Shown: positions 37,001 through 48,900 of the stretch, one piece after another
Layout: each line of letters starts with the position of its first letter
Numbering within the stretch: the first letter of the stretch is position 1
Assembly: GCF_039654945.1 (NCBI RefSeq)
Contig: NW_027362024.1
Coordinates: forward strand, 620,001 to 684,000
Length of the DNA: 64,000 nt
Origin: Dendrobates tinctorius
Lineage: Eukaryota
Direction: 5' to 3'
The notes under the pieces: model-generated
Databases searched by the model: none
Seen by the model: the letters and a program-made list of their open reading frames with translations, nothing else
What the model was told of the DNA's origin: nothing
Made by a program: the position numbers and the translations under genes

Positions 37001-39461
37001 AATGGCATCACCAAACTCTCAAAATGACCCTCAGGGGTATTAAATGCCGTCTTCCATTCATCCCCTTGATGGACTCTTATGAGATTGTATGCCCCCCTGA
37101 GGTCAAGCTTGGAAAACCATTTGGCACCAGACACCTGGTTGAACAAATCGGGTATCAGTGGCATCGGGTATGGGTCACGAACCGTGATCTGGTTGAGTTC
37201 CCTGAAATCCAGACAAGGACGTAATCCGCCATCTTTCTTCTTGACAAAGAAGAACCCAGCCGCCAATGGAGATGATGAGGGCCTGATGTGCCCTTTGCTT
37301 AGACTCTCTGCAATGTATTCCTTGAGCGCTTGCCTCTCAGGACCTGAGATATTAAACATCCTGGCTTTCGGTAACTTGGCCCCCCGTTTTCATCTAATAG
37401 CACAGTCATAGGGTCGGTGCGGTGGCAGCTCAGAACAACCTCTTTCAGAAAATACATCAGCAAAGTCCAGCAGTGGCTCCGGGATGCTGGGAGTCACAGC
37501 GGAGATACACGTGGCCAGACAACTCTCCTGGCAGTATCTGCTCCACTGAATTATGTCCTGGGTTTTCCAATCAATCACCGGATTGTGCATAGACAACCAT
37601 GGAAACCCCAGAGCTATCTGAGCAGGTAAATTACTGAGCACCTTACATGTTACCCGCTCAGAGTGTAGGACCCCAATGTGGAGTTTTACATCAGCCACAA
37701 ACTCTTTAATCTCCCCTTGTGAGAGAGGGGAGGCATTGATGGTAACCACCCGGATAGGATTAGGCAGCTCTTCCACCTTAAATCCCGCTGTACGCGCAAA
37801 CTTTTCATCAATGAGATTAGCAGCTGAACCACTATCTACAAATACAGTAATTGACAGCTCTTGGCCCCCGATAACTACCTTGGCAGGGAGCATGCACTGG
37901 GAGACCACCACGGAGGATATGCAAAGGCTCAGACTAGACTCCTCCAAACCCTCTGAGTCTAGCAGTTTTTCCGCCGACGCGTCCTTCTTAGGTACCAGGG
38001 GGCATGCATTAATAAAATGTCCTTTTTTGCCACAAAAAAACAGACCCCTTGCTTTCTGGGCAAGGGACATTTATGTTTGTTATTATGTGTATGAGATATA
38101 CCAGTGATCTGCATAGGTTCCACGGATTCACCCGAAGCAACCTTACCAGAAACTGCCCCCCCTCCCATAGGCAATGTCTCCTGCGACCTCTGACAAAAGT
38201 GGCGATCAATGCGTACAACAAGTACCATAGCAGCCTCCAGAGAGGCGGGAGTCTCATACATTAGCAGGGCTTGTTTAACCCTTCCAGAAACCCCATGCAA
38301 AAATTGACTTCTTAGAGCAGGGTCATTCCATTGAGTGTCCACAGCCCAGCGACGAAATTCAGTGCAGTAATCCTCCGCCAGTCGCTCACCCTGGAGCAGA
38401 GAGCGTATTTTAGACTCTGCTAACGCCAGTCTGTCTGGATCGTCATAGATTAAACCAAGAGCAGAAAAAAAAATGTCTACGGACTCAAATGCATGTGAAT
38501 CCGGAGGTAGTGAAAAGGCCCATGCTTGTGGGTCACCACCCAGCAAGGAAACTACCAAGCCCACACGCTGAGCCTCATCTCCTGAGGAGAGAGGACGCAT
38601 ATGAAAATACAATTTGCAGGATTCACGAAATACAACGAACTTACAGCGATCACCAGAAAATCGTTCAGGGAGAGGTAACTTGGGTTCAGCTGCCCTGGCT
38701 GCTGTCTCAGTTTGCACAGCAGGAACTGACAGGCCTTGTTGCTGGACCGCCCCCCTCAGTTCAGTGACCTGTGTGGACAGAGCCTCCAGCTGCTTAGTAA
38801 TGGAGACTATGGGATCCATGGTAAATAACCCCTTTTTTTTTTTTTTTGGGCCGACTATAATGTCATGGGAAGCCTAGGTGACTTTAGGCTAAAACCCCGG
38901 GGCCCCTGCGGTGTCCCTCAGACTAGGGGAAACCCTGTCTGTCCCTCAACCCAGGGTTTACACTGAAGGTGTGCCTGCCTGGGCCTCCACCCTGTCCTTG
39001 TCTCCTGTCCAGCCCTAAGCTGAACTCACCACCCTCCACCCAGTGAGGAGACCAAACACCAGACCCCACAAATAAGTATGGACAGGGATAACGGAAATGC
39101 ACCACACCGCGTACATACAGGGGAATACAGTAATGTGCAAGGGCAACCAAATAATACAACACAGGGAGGCAAAATGGCAACAATGGAATATACTACACCA
39201 GCAACCGTATGCTCCTTAGACCACCACTCCAGACCGGTATCGCTTAGCACAAGGCAAGAGCTATAGTCGGCGACGCCCATAGTCACACAGGGCAATTTAA
39301 AGACAGTGGGCGTGGCTAAGACCCCAGCCAGAATGACAACCTGGTTAACCCAATCCAAGCCGGATCAGAGGAACAACCAGCGCCGCTGAGAACAAAGTGG
39401 TAGGATGGGGTATTACCGCTGTCTGCCGGACACCCTGGTGCGAACAGTGTCCGACATGACA
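34051..39461 (-). mobile_element. Ty3/Gypsy chromovirus, near full length, defective
   Basis: 601-bp LTRs 34051-34651 and 38861-39461 (about 6 differences), TSD ATAAA. gag 37959..38819, protease 37390..38070, RT/RNase H 36235..37359, integrase+chromodomain 34741..36072. Confidence 0.97.
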
Positions 39462-39820
39462 ATAAATCTCCGGTGTCCTTGATGTGAGCAGGTGCTATTC
39501 TCAGTAATGGTCTCAGACACCGGTCTATAAATGTAGATAAAGATTCTGTTACTGATCCAACCCCGCACACTATCGGGCGACCTGGTGGGGGCGCTGCGTC
39601 TTTGTGGACTTTAGGAATATAACACCAATGCGGCTTGTGTGGAAATTCAGGGAAGAGTTTCTCTGTTATTTCTTAGACAATCGTCCCTTCTCTATGTGAA
39701 ATCTCAGAGAAGATCTTAGTTGTTCCTTCTCGTTATTTGTGGGATCAGCGCTTGTTTTCCTATCTGCTGCTATCTGATCGCTGTCTTTCTGCTCCTTACT
39801 ATATTGTCCATTGCTACTAA

Positions 39821-40176
39821 AGGTACTGTCACACTAAGCGATATCGCTAGCAATATCGCTGTGTCTGATACTTACCTACGACCCGCTCCCCCGCTGGTTA
39901 TCGCTGATCACGCGAGAACGTCCAGGACTGTTTCTCGTCGTCAGCTTCCTGCGGCACTTCCTGTGGAGAGACGAGCGACGAGCGTGGAGCTGGGCGGGAG
40001 GACGCAGGATCGCCTAGTGTGACAGGTAAGTAGCGACCCCCGTCCCCAGCGACGTCGCTGGTGAGATCTGCCTGTGTGGCAGCTCACTAGCGACCACTTA
40101 GCGATGCACCAGCGATCCTGTCCGCATCATATCGCTGGTCGGGATCGCTGGTGCATCGCTAAGTGTGACAGTACCT
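39821..40176. mobile_element. palindromic MITE
   Basis: TIR AGGTACTGTCACACT.AGCGAT. Flanked by TAA/TTA, with no clean TSD. Confidence 0.75.
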
Positions 40177-40179
40177 TTA

Positions 40180-41940
40180 CAGAGGGAAATGAGATCATTG
40201 GGGGTGAAACATAGAGCCACAAGTCACCTGTGTATAGAGCGAGTGTATAGAGCTGTGAGCCTATAGTGACCCCACTAATATCGGGATTTATACGTAATGC
40301 CACCACTAACTGCTCCATCACCGGTGTGTATAGGAGAAGTGATGAGGGACGCCCTCGCCTCTTCCCATTATTAATAGATAATGTGTCAGATAGAAGGCCA
40401 TCTCCCCTAATTATCAGTTTAGGGTCAGTGTATAAGGAGAGAATGATAGATAACAAGAAAAGGCCCAACCCAATATGTCGTAGGGTGATCTTCAAGAAAG
40501 TCCGGGCTCTATGTCCAACGCTTCTTCAGTGTCGGCAGAAACAAGACACATTGGGATCCCCGGGGTTTCTGCATGTGACATTAATAACAATGTTTTCTCA
40601 CGAGCTTCTCTGTCCTTAATAAAGCCAACCTGATGGTTGGTAACAATTGGGGGCAGGTAGTGGGAGAGCCGGGCTGTAATCACTTTAGAGAATATTTTCA
40701 CATCTACAGTAATTAGTGATATTGGATGAAAATTAGGGCAGACATTTGGTTCTTCTCCAGGCTTTCAGAAACAATGTTATGTCAGCCTCAAGTAATTAAG
40801 GGGCGAAGAGGGAGTCTTCTGAGATATTACTGAACACTTTTCCTAAAATGGTAATAACTGGGGTGCAAACATCTTATAAAATCTATTATTGCCTCCATCC
40901 GGCCCAGGGCTCTTCCCGATAGGGAATGATGTAATGGCCTCTCCGATCTCTTCCTCAGTGACAGCTTTGTCTAGTTCCTCCTGCTCAGGGGTCTGTAAGG
41001 AAGGAAGAGCAGCGTCCATAATATATTTGTCAGTTTTTCTTTCCAGAATATTAGGTGGCATGTCGTGGTATTATCCATGGATATTATATAGCGAGCTATA
41101 ACAGCAACAACATGCCTCAGCTGTGTCAGAGGGGTTATGCATTTCTGGCCCGGGTGCCCCTTTTATTTTGGGTACATATGTCCCTTGCATACATGGATAT
41201 AACCTCCTTGCCAATCAGCGACCACATTTATCAGTGAATTCGTACGAGCACCTTCTCATGTGATCTTGGTATTTTCTATACGTTTCATCTATTAACAACT
41301 TTATCACCTTTCTTTTTTCAATCAGATCCTTTTTATTAAAGAAAACAAAGAATTACTAACATTGTGTTTTTCTTATACAAATATTGTGAGAAAAACAATA
41401 AAAAGAGAGAAAAACCAGTAAACAATACAACAACCGGTTACAATGAGATAAATCCCGATTTCGCTCTATAGTATAAAGCTTTGGAATAGTAATTTTACAT
41501 TTGTACAGACATAATATCTGAATACTTAATGACTGATTATTTTTTCCCTATTGGGGCATCAAAAGAAAAAGAATAGATCTAAGAAGGATCAGTTTTGTGG
41601 TCTGAGAGAATTATTATCTTCGGACATCTTGGGTATAAATATATAAATTCCCAGTTTACTGTAAGGGAATGGAGAAACGGTCCAGTGTAGGATTTCTGAG
41701 AAGGTTTTCTGAAGCAATACCTGGGGTAATGTGGTATGTGGATGGATTTCTTGAGAGCGTTCCATTAATATAAGCTTCCCCTTTCCAAGCATAGAGTGAT
41801 ATATATCCTGGATTTTAGCCCTTTTATCATTGGGTGAGAATTGTGTATCCAATGTAGAGCCAACAACTTTCTGGCTAGAATAATATTCTTGAGCTATTCC
41901 CATATGGAGTCTGGGTCTACACCCTCTCCCAGGAGTCCTA
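40180..41940 (-). mobile_element. decayed L1-clade ORF2 fragments
   Basis: GKSPGPDG, ISLITVDVKIFSKVITARL, QVGFIKDR and LALYTGDL in 40180-41070. A T-rich 3' end of a second piece lies near 41315-41345. Confidence 0.72.
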
Positions 41941-43044
41941 GGAGAAAGATTTTAGGCTCCTACTGAAGTTGTATCCCAAATACAGAATTACAAGAGTGAA
42001 CACCCCCTTCCTGTAGTCGCCAATATTACCACGTCCAGGGCCGGCGTTTGGGGCAGGCAGACCAGGCAGATGCCCAGGGCCCGCACCCACAAAGGGGGCC
42101 TCCTGCATCTGCAGCCCCTTTATGAAGTGCACAGAGGGTGCACAGCAGTGAATAACACTGTGCATCCTCTGTAGTCCTAGAGCTTCTCTCCCAAACCCCC
42201 TCCAGCCTCCCTCTCTCTCTCTTTCTCCCTACAGTCAGGTTAGAAGTTGAGAGTGAGGTGGAGGGGCCAATTACAGCACAGCAGAGATCAGAGCAGGGCC
42301 AGAAAGATGCCTGCAACCCTGTGTCTCTGTGTCATTTCCTCCAAGTGCTCATCATGGCTGCTCATAAAACAATGTCCTGGGAATGGATCTGTACAAGTGA
42401 AGCCACAGAACCTTGTAAGTATACATGTATATGTGTATCTGTGCATGTACATGTGCAGTATATAGTGTGTGTGTCTGTATATAGTATGTGTGTGCATATG
42501 TGTGCATATATATAGTATACAGTATGATTGTGTATATCTGTGGTGCATGTGAGTATATATAATATATATATACAGTATGTTGTAAGGTTCCACCATGTGA
42601 GTGGATGGGGATTACTCTCTTGGCAGGTCTTTGAGGTAAACACTGGCACGCTCAGGGTTAAAATTAAGCCATTCAGTTTATTATTTAGACAGTTCCAGCA
42701 GTCATTTGCACTGTCTGTTAAACCTTCAGCTTTAACACATGGATGCAGATACATGGATGCTTATCCACAGAGGCACCCTATAGCCACTTCTCACACAGTC
42801 TTTCACTGACCCGGTCAGTATAACACACAGTTGTCAATACCGTTACCTGTTGGATCACCACACAGGTTCGCGGATACCTCTTGTCCTCAGAGGCATCCGA
42901 TAGATATCAGTTCACACACAGTCTCTTTCTGACCCCGGTCAGTATCACACGGTTTTCAAGACCGTTAACAGTTGGCCACACAGGTTCCCAGATCCCTCTT
43001 ACCGCAGAGGCACAAACACGTCTCCACTCTGTACACCGTGTACA

Positions 43045-44917
43045 CATGTCTCTGCTCCGTACACCTCGTACACATGCGGCTCCGGTCCGTACACACCATA
43101 CACTCATGGCTCCGCTCCGTACACCTCGTACACACGCGGCTCCGCTCCACACACTCCGTACACTCATGGCTCCGCTCCGTACACCTCGTACACACATGGC
43201 TCCGCTCCGTATACCTCGTACACACACGGCTCTGCTACGTACACCTCGTACACACACGGCTCCGCTCCGTACACCTTGTACACACACGGCTCCGCTCCGT
43301 ACACCTCGTACACACACGGTTCCGTTCCGTACACCTCGTACACACACGGCTCCGCTCCGTACAACTCGTACACGCGGCTCCACTCCGTACACCTCGTATA
43401 CAGGCAGCTCCGCCCCATACATCTCGTACACACACGGCTCCGCTCCGTGCAACTCGTACACACCCGGCTCCGCTCCGTACACCCGGTACACACACGGCTC
43501 CGCTCCGTACACCACGTACACGCGGCTCCGCTACGTACACCTCGTATACAGGCAGCTCCACTCCGTACACACACGGCTCCGCTCCGTACAACTCGTACAC
43601 ACTTGGCTCCGCTCCGTACACCTCGTACACACTCGGCTCTGCTCCGTACATCTCGCACACACGGCTCTGCTCCGTACACCTCATACACTCTCGGCTCCGC
43701 TCCGTACAACTCGTACACACTCGGCTCCGCTCCGTACACCTCGTATACACTCGGCTCCGCTCCGTACACCTCGCACACATGGCTCCGCTCCGTACACCTC
43801 GTACACACTCGGTTCTGCTCTGTACACCTCGTACACATGGCTCCGCTCCGTACACCTCGTACATACTCGGCTCCACTCCGTACACCTTGTACACACTCGG
43901 CTCTGCTCCGTACACCTCGTAGACATGCGGCTCCACTCCGAACACCTCGTACACACTCGGCTCCGCTCCGTACACCTCGCACACACGGCTCTGCTCCGTA
44001 CACCTCATACACACACGGCTCCGCTCCGTACACATGGCTCGGCTCCGCTCCGTACACCCCGTACACACTCGGCTCCACTCCGTACACCTTGTACACACAC
44101 GGCTCTGCTCCGTACACCTCGTACACATGCGGTTCCGCTCCGTACACCTCGTACACACACGACTCTGCTCCGTACACCTCGTACACACGCGGTTCCGCTC
44201 CGTACACCTTGTACACACACGGCGCCACTCCGAACACCTCGAACACACTCGGCTCCACTCCGTACACCTCGTACACACGCGGCTCCGCTCCGTACACCTC
44301 GTACACACACGGCTCCGCTCCGTACACCTCGTACACATGACTCCGCTCTGTACACCTCATACACACGCGGCTCCGTTCCGTACACCTCATACACACACGG
44401 CTCCGCTCCGTACACCTCGTACACACGCGGCTCCGCTCCGTACACCTCGAACACACACGGCTCCGCTCCGTACATCTCGTACACACGCGGCTCCGCTCCG
44501 TACACCGCGTACACACACGGCTCCGCTCCGTACACCTCGTACACACACGGCTCCGCTCCGTACACCTCGTACACACGCGGCTCCGCTCCGTACACCTCGT
44601 ACACACACGGCTCCGCTCCGTACACCTCGTACACACACGGCTCCGCTCCGTACACCTCGTACACAGGCGGCTCCGCTCCGTACACCTCGTACACACAGGG
44701 CTCCTCTCCGTACACCTCGTACACACACGGCTCCGCTCCGTACACCTCGTTCACACGCGGCTCCGCTCCGTACACCTCGTACACACGCGGCTCCGCTCCG
44801 TACACCTCGTACACACACGGCTCCGCTCCGTACACCTCGTACACACAGGGCTCCTCTCCGTACACCTTGTACACACACGGCTCTGCTCCGTACACCTCGT
44901 ACACACGCGGCTCTGCT
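43045..44917. repeat. ~30-bp CpG-rich minisatellite (CACGGCTCCGCTCCGTACACCTCGTACACA), ~60 copies
   Basis: Direct inspection. It produces the long stop-free repetitive ORFs on both strands. Confidence 0.95.
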
Positions 44918-45969
44918 ACATCCACCCTGTAAACCCCTCCTGACCCCACACATAAACTTCCCCTCATCCAGCACCATGACAACCAGCACAGCAGAGTCCT
45001 GCACACACTGAGGCCCCTGATCATGTGACCCCCTGACTCCTCCCCTCCTGTGACCTCATCACAGGTCCTGTGCGCACAGAGCAGCTGTAGAAATCTCCGG
45101 CCTCGGGGGTCTCACCAGACTTCGCTCTTTTCTTGCAGGGGCCGCAGTGGATTTCATCCTGGATCCATAGAGCTGAATAGAGGAGCGATGTTCCTTCACT
45201 CTGATGGGAATTGATGGTGACGTTTGTCCAACGTCCACGTTACCGAGTAAATCCCCCCAGGACTGCAGCCGGTAAAGACCCCGATATCCACAGGTGTCCC
45301 CTCTAATTGGGGGAAAGGGATAGAAAAGCCTCTTATCCCGAGGGGAAACCCTGTACATGGAGACATCGGCCTCAGATCTCTCCTGTCCTGTTCTTCCAGA
45401 AAAGCCTCAAACTTCTGTGTGTGACTCAGAGCTGAGATCTAACGGGAGAGAAGATTCCAGTGCGGGGAAGACGGGAAACCTTCATATAGACGGCCGGTGG
45501 GGATGGAGGCAGTGACCGACTCTGGCCACATCTGTCTCTAGAGCCGCAATAGAAGATGAAGATGTCGTCCTCATCATGAAGGAGTTATTTCTCATGTCGC
45601 GTGTAATGAATCTCTCCTGCAGTATTGCTAATGCCGATTCCAGTGTCGGTAATGAGACGAGAATTAGCGTTATGGAAGATGAGTCTATGAGGAACGTGTT
45701 CAGCTGCCGACTCCGAGGAGGAAACTGCTTGATGTCTGTGGCCTAAATATATAGGTTTTATTAGTAGATGTCAGGGGAGAAAACTAAACCCTGTAAGATA
45801 ATAAATCTCCTCATATGTTTCCCTTATTATCTCCAGTAATTGTATTATTACACAGGATTCTTATGATGTTACATCGGATCATCTTCTTCTCATTCAGGTC
45901 TCTACAATATCGGATCCTCTCAGTGAAGATCTTCTACAGAAGAGAATTTTCCTGATTTACCCATCAAGG

Positions 45970-48900
45970 ATGGATATGGACAGAGACAAGATGGCGGAGA
46001 GGATGTTACACCTCACCCTAGAGATCCTCTTCCGTCTCACTGGAGAGGTGAGAGATTCTGATGACGTCACATTACATCATTCTTATCTATGGGAATAACA
46101 GATGGACAGAACTGGAGAGGTGAGGACTCTGGAAATGTCTGTAGTGAGATTTATTAATGTGTCTCTCCATAACCAGGATTACACAGTGGTGAAGAAGACC
46201 TCTAGTGATCGCTGTCAGGACCCTGTGTCTGAGGGATGGGGAAGACCCCTGAGCCCAATCACGGGGCCTCCTCCTCACCCCCTGATCCATGAGGACATCA
46301 ATGACCAGAAGATCCTAGAACTCACCTACAAGATGATTGAGCTGCTGACTGGAGAGGTGACACTGCTGGGAATGCTGGGACATTATACAGTAACACTATG
46401 AAGGGATCGGGGGATGACGGTATCATTGTATGTGTCAGGTTCCTATAAGGTGTCAGGATGTCGCTGTCTATTTCTCCATGGAGGAGTGGGAGTATTTAGA
46501 AGGACACAGAGATCTGTACAAGAACGTCATAATGGAGGTTCCCCAGCCCCTCACATCTCCAGGTAATAGACAGGACTAAATACACACGGCCTATAATTAT
46601 CTGTATGTAGAGAATGAATTCAGTCCCTATATGTGTTTCCTCCAGATCTATCCAGTAAGAGGACAACACCAGAGAGATGTCACCGTCCTTTTCTTCCACA
46701 GGACTGTAACCAAGAAGATCCCAGTGCTCCTCAGGATCATCAGGTAGATGGAGAGAAGGTGTCAGGAGATCTCCCCTATGATGTGTAGACGGCTGTGAAG
46801 GTCTTGTGCTCAGTCTTGTTTTATCCACCAGTATTATATGTTTTATACTTGTGTAATGAGAACGGTGGAGATGGCAGGATTACAGCTGATCATAGATGGG
46901 ACTTCTCCATCTGTCGGTGACTTTTACAATATTTGTTTCAGGGTGAAGATCTGACCCATATTAATACTACAGAGACATATGTGAGGGGTGATGAGTGGTG
47001 TAAAGAGGAGATTCCCACATATGACTACCCAGGTGAGTAGTAACCACTGAATGCAGAGACGTCACAGATTCCTCTCAGTCACCGGCTGTGGCTGCTTTAT
47101 CGGTGGTGTAGTCCGGCCGTATTACCATGATCACCATTTTGCCTCTAGACCACAACATTCTCCTCCACCCAAAACTGTTCAAATGACTTTGATACAGGAA
47201 AGATATATAACTTTGTACCGTGTTAGCCAGTAGATAGAAGAATATTTAGAATTGAGAGTCCTCAGTGGTTGATACCTTTTAATGGCTAACTGAAAAGGTG
47301 GTAACACATTGCAAGCTTTCGAGACTACTCAGGTCTCTTCGTCAGGCTAGACTAATACAACATCTGAAAAATCACATATTTATACACAAAACAACACAGA
47401 AATATCGCAATAGATAAGACAAGTGACATTTAGCAGAATTGTCATTATGGGAGAGGGATAAACATAAATATTGGAACAGTTCACAGATAAGGAGTGTGAA
47501 AGTTTTATTATCCACTGATTGGGGTCTAGTTCTGTGTTGTGTGATGACCCCAGAAGTTCTGAAGAGCAAATTCCTTAATTGATGTAAAAAGACATAAATC
47601 CATGTGACACATTCATTCCTGCACTGAGTGTGTCAAAAGATGTCACAAATTTATACTCCCAAACCCTCCTGTCTCTCTGAGAGTTGAAGTTACCATTTAA
47701 TACAAGTAATTTAATGTCCATCATGCTATGACCGGGGATACAAAAATGTTTTGCCACAGGTAGATCCCTTCTTTTTTCTCTTATTGTGTGACGATGAGCA
47801 TTCATCCTTGTTCTAAGCTTTTTCCCTGTCTCCCCCACATACAGACCCCCAGTTGGACATTTAGTACAAATAATTAAGTACACCCCATTAGATGTGATGC
47901 AGCTGAGAGTACCTGGGATCTTGTAGTCCTGATGTGAGTTGGGGATCTTTATCTTGTCGGTGGTCATTATAAATGGACAGGCTTTACATTTTTTCTGGTT
48001 GCAAGGAAAGGTTCCTGCAGCTGTTGGAGAGGACAGGGAGCTTCTGACAATGATGCTTCTTAGATTTGGGGGCTGCCTAAAACACAGTAGTGGGGGGTCT
48101 GGAAACATGGATTGTAATCGGGCATCTTTTTGTAGTAAAGGTTGTAATTTCCGTGCCGCTCCCCTTAGCACCTCCAGATTTGGGTTGTAGGTGACCACTA
48201 GAGGCTCCCGGTTATTCTCTTCTTTAGCTTTGTAATGTAGCAGGTGATTCCTTGATATTCTGGTGGCTCTTGTAATTTGGTTTTCTATTGTTCTTGGATG
48301 GTAGCCCTGACTCAAAAAGGTCTTTCTGAGGCGACCAAGGTGTTTGTCTCAATCCATGGGGTTGGAACATACGTTATATGTTATATATTGGTAACGTATG
48401 ATATTCCGATCACACTCAGTAATGCAATACAATGAGTGCGTGGAAAACACCAAACCACTCCGATGACACAATGGAGAAGAGTTTGATCTCCATCTTTTCC
48501 TCAGTGTTCTCTGATTCTCTCATCCTAGACAATCGGACCACACTGTACTGACACTCGGGTCAGATCCTGATCCAAGTGTCAGCTGTACAGTATAATTGGC
48601 CGATTCTCTCAGATCAGGGAATATATATGGCCGTCTGCATTGGCCCTTAGAAATCCATACAATCACAAAATTGGCGCAAAAAGCATGAATCCATGCATAA
48701 ATAATACACCACAGAATCATATTATTACTTTTGTGGTAACAACGTAACAAAAAATGTTGACCCCACACAATAGTGTATACTTGTTAAAAATTTATATTTT
48801 ATTGCACAAAAAGACACAAAAATATATACACAGGAAAAGTGCTGGAACATAAAATAAGGAGGGGGCCTACAAGTCCATGGAATCTCACATCCTAACACCA

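Larger units (their letters stand above)
32290..39815 (-). mobile_element. decayed Penelope-like element (RT + GIY-YIG), split by the Gypsy at 34051-39461
   Basis: PPGRPIVCGVGS..HIKDTGDLL (39462-39600), QMTGTAMGA and RYVDDVFLVW (33670-33830), endonuclease remnant near 32620-32900. Removing the Gypsy and one TSD copy rejoins the RT. Confidence 0.85.

Noticed and set aside
42881-45024. Long ORFs of 300-683 aa on both strands
   Set aside because: Translations of a 30-bp stop-free minisatellite, with no domain or splice support.
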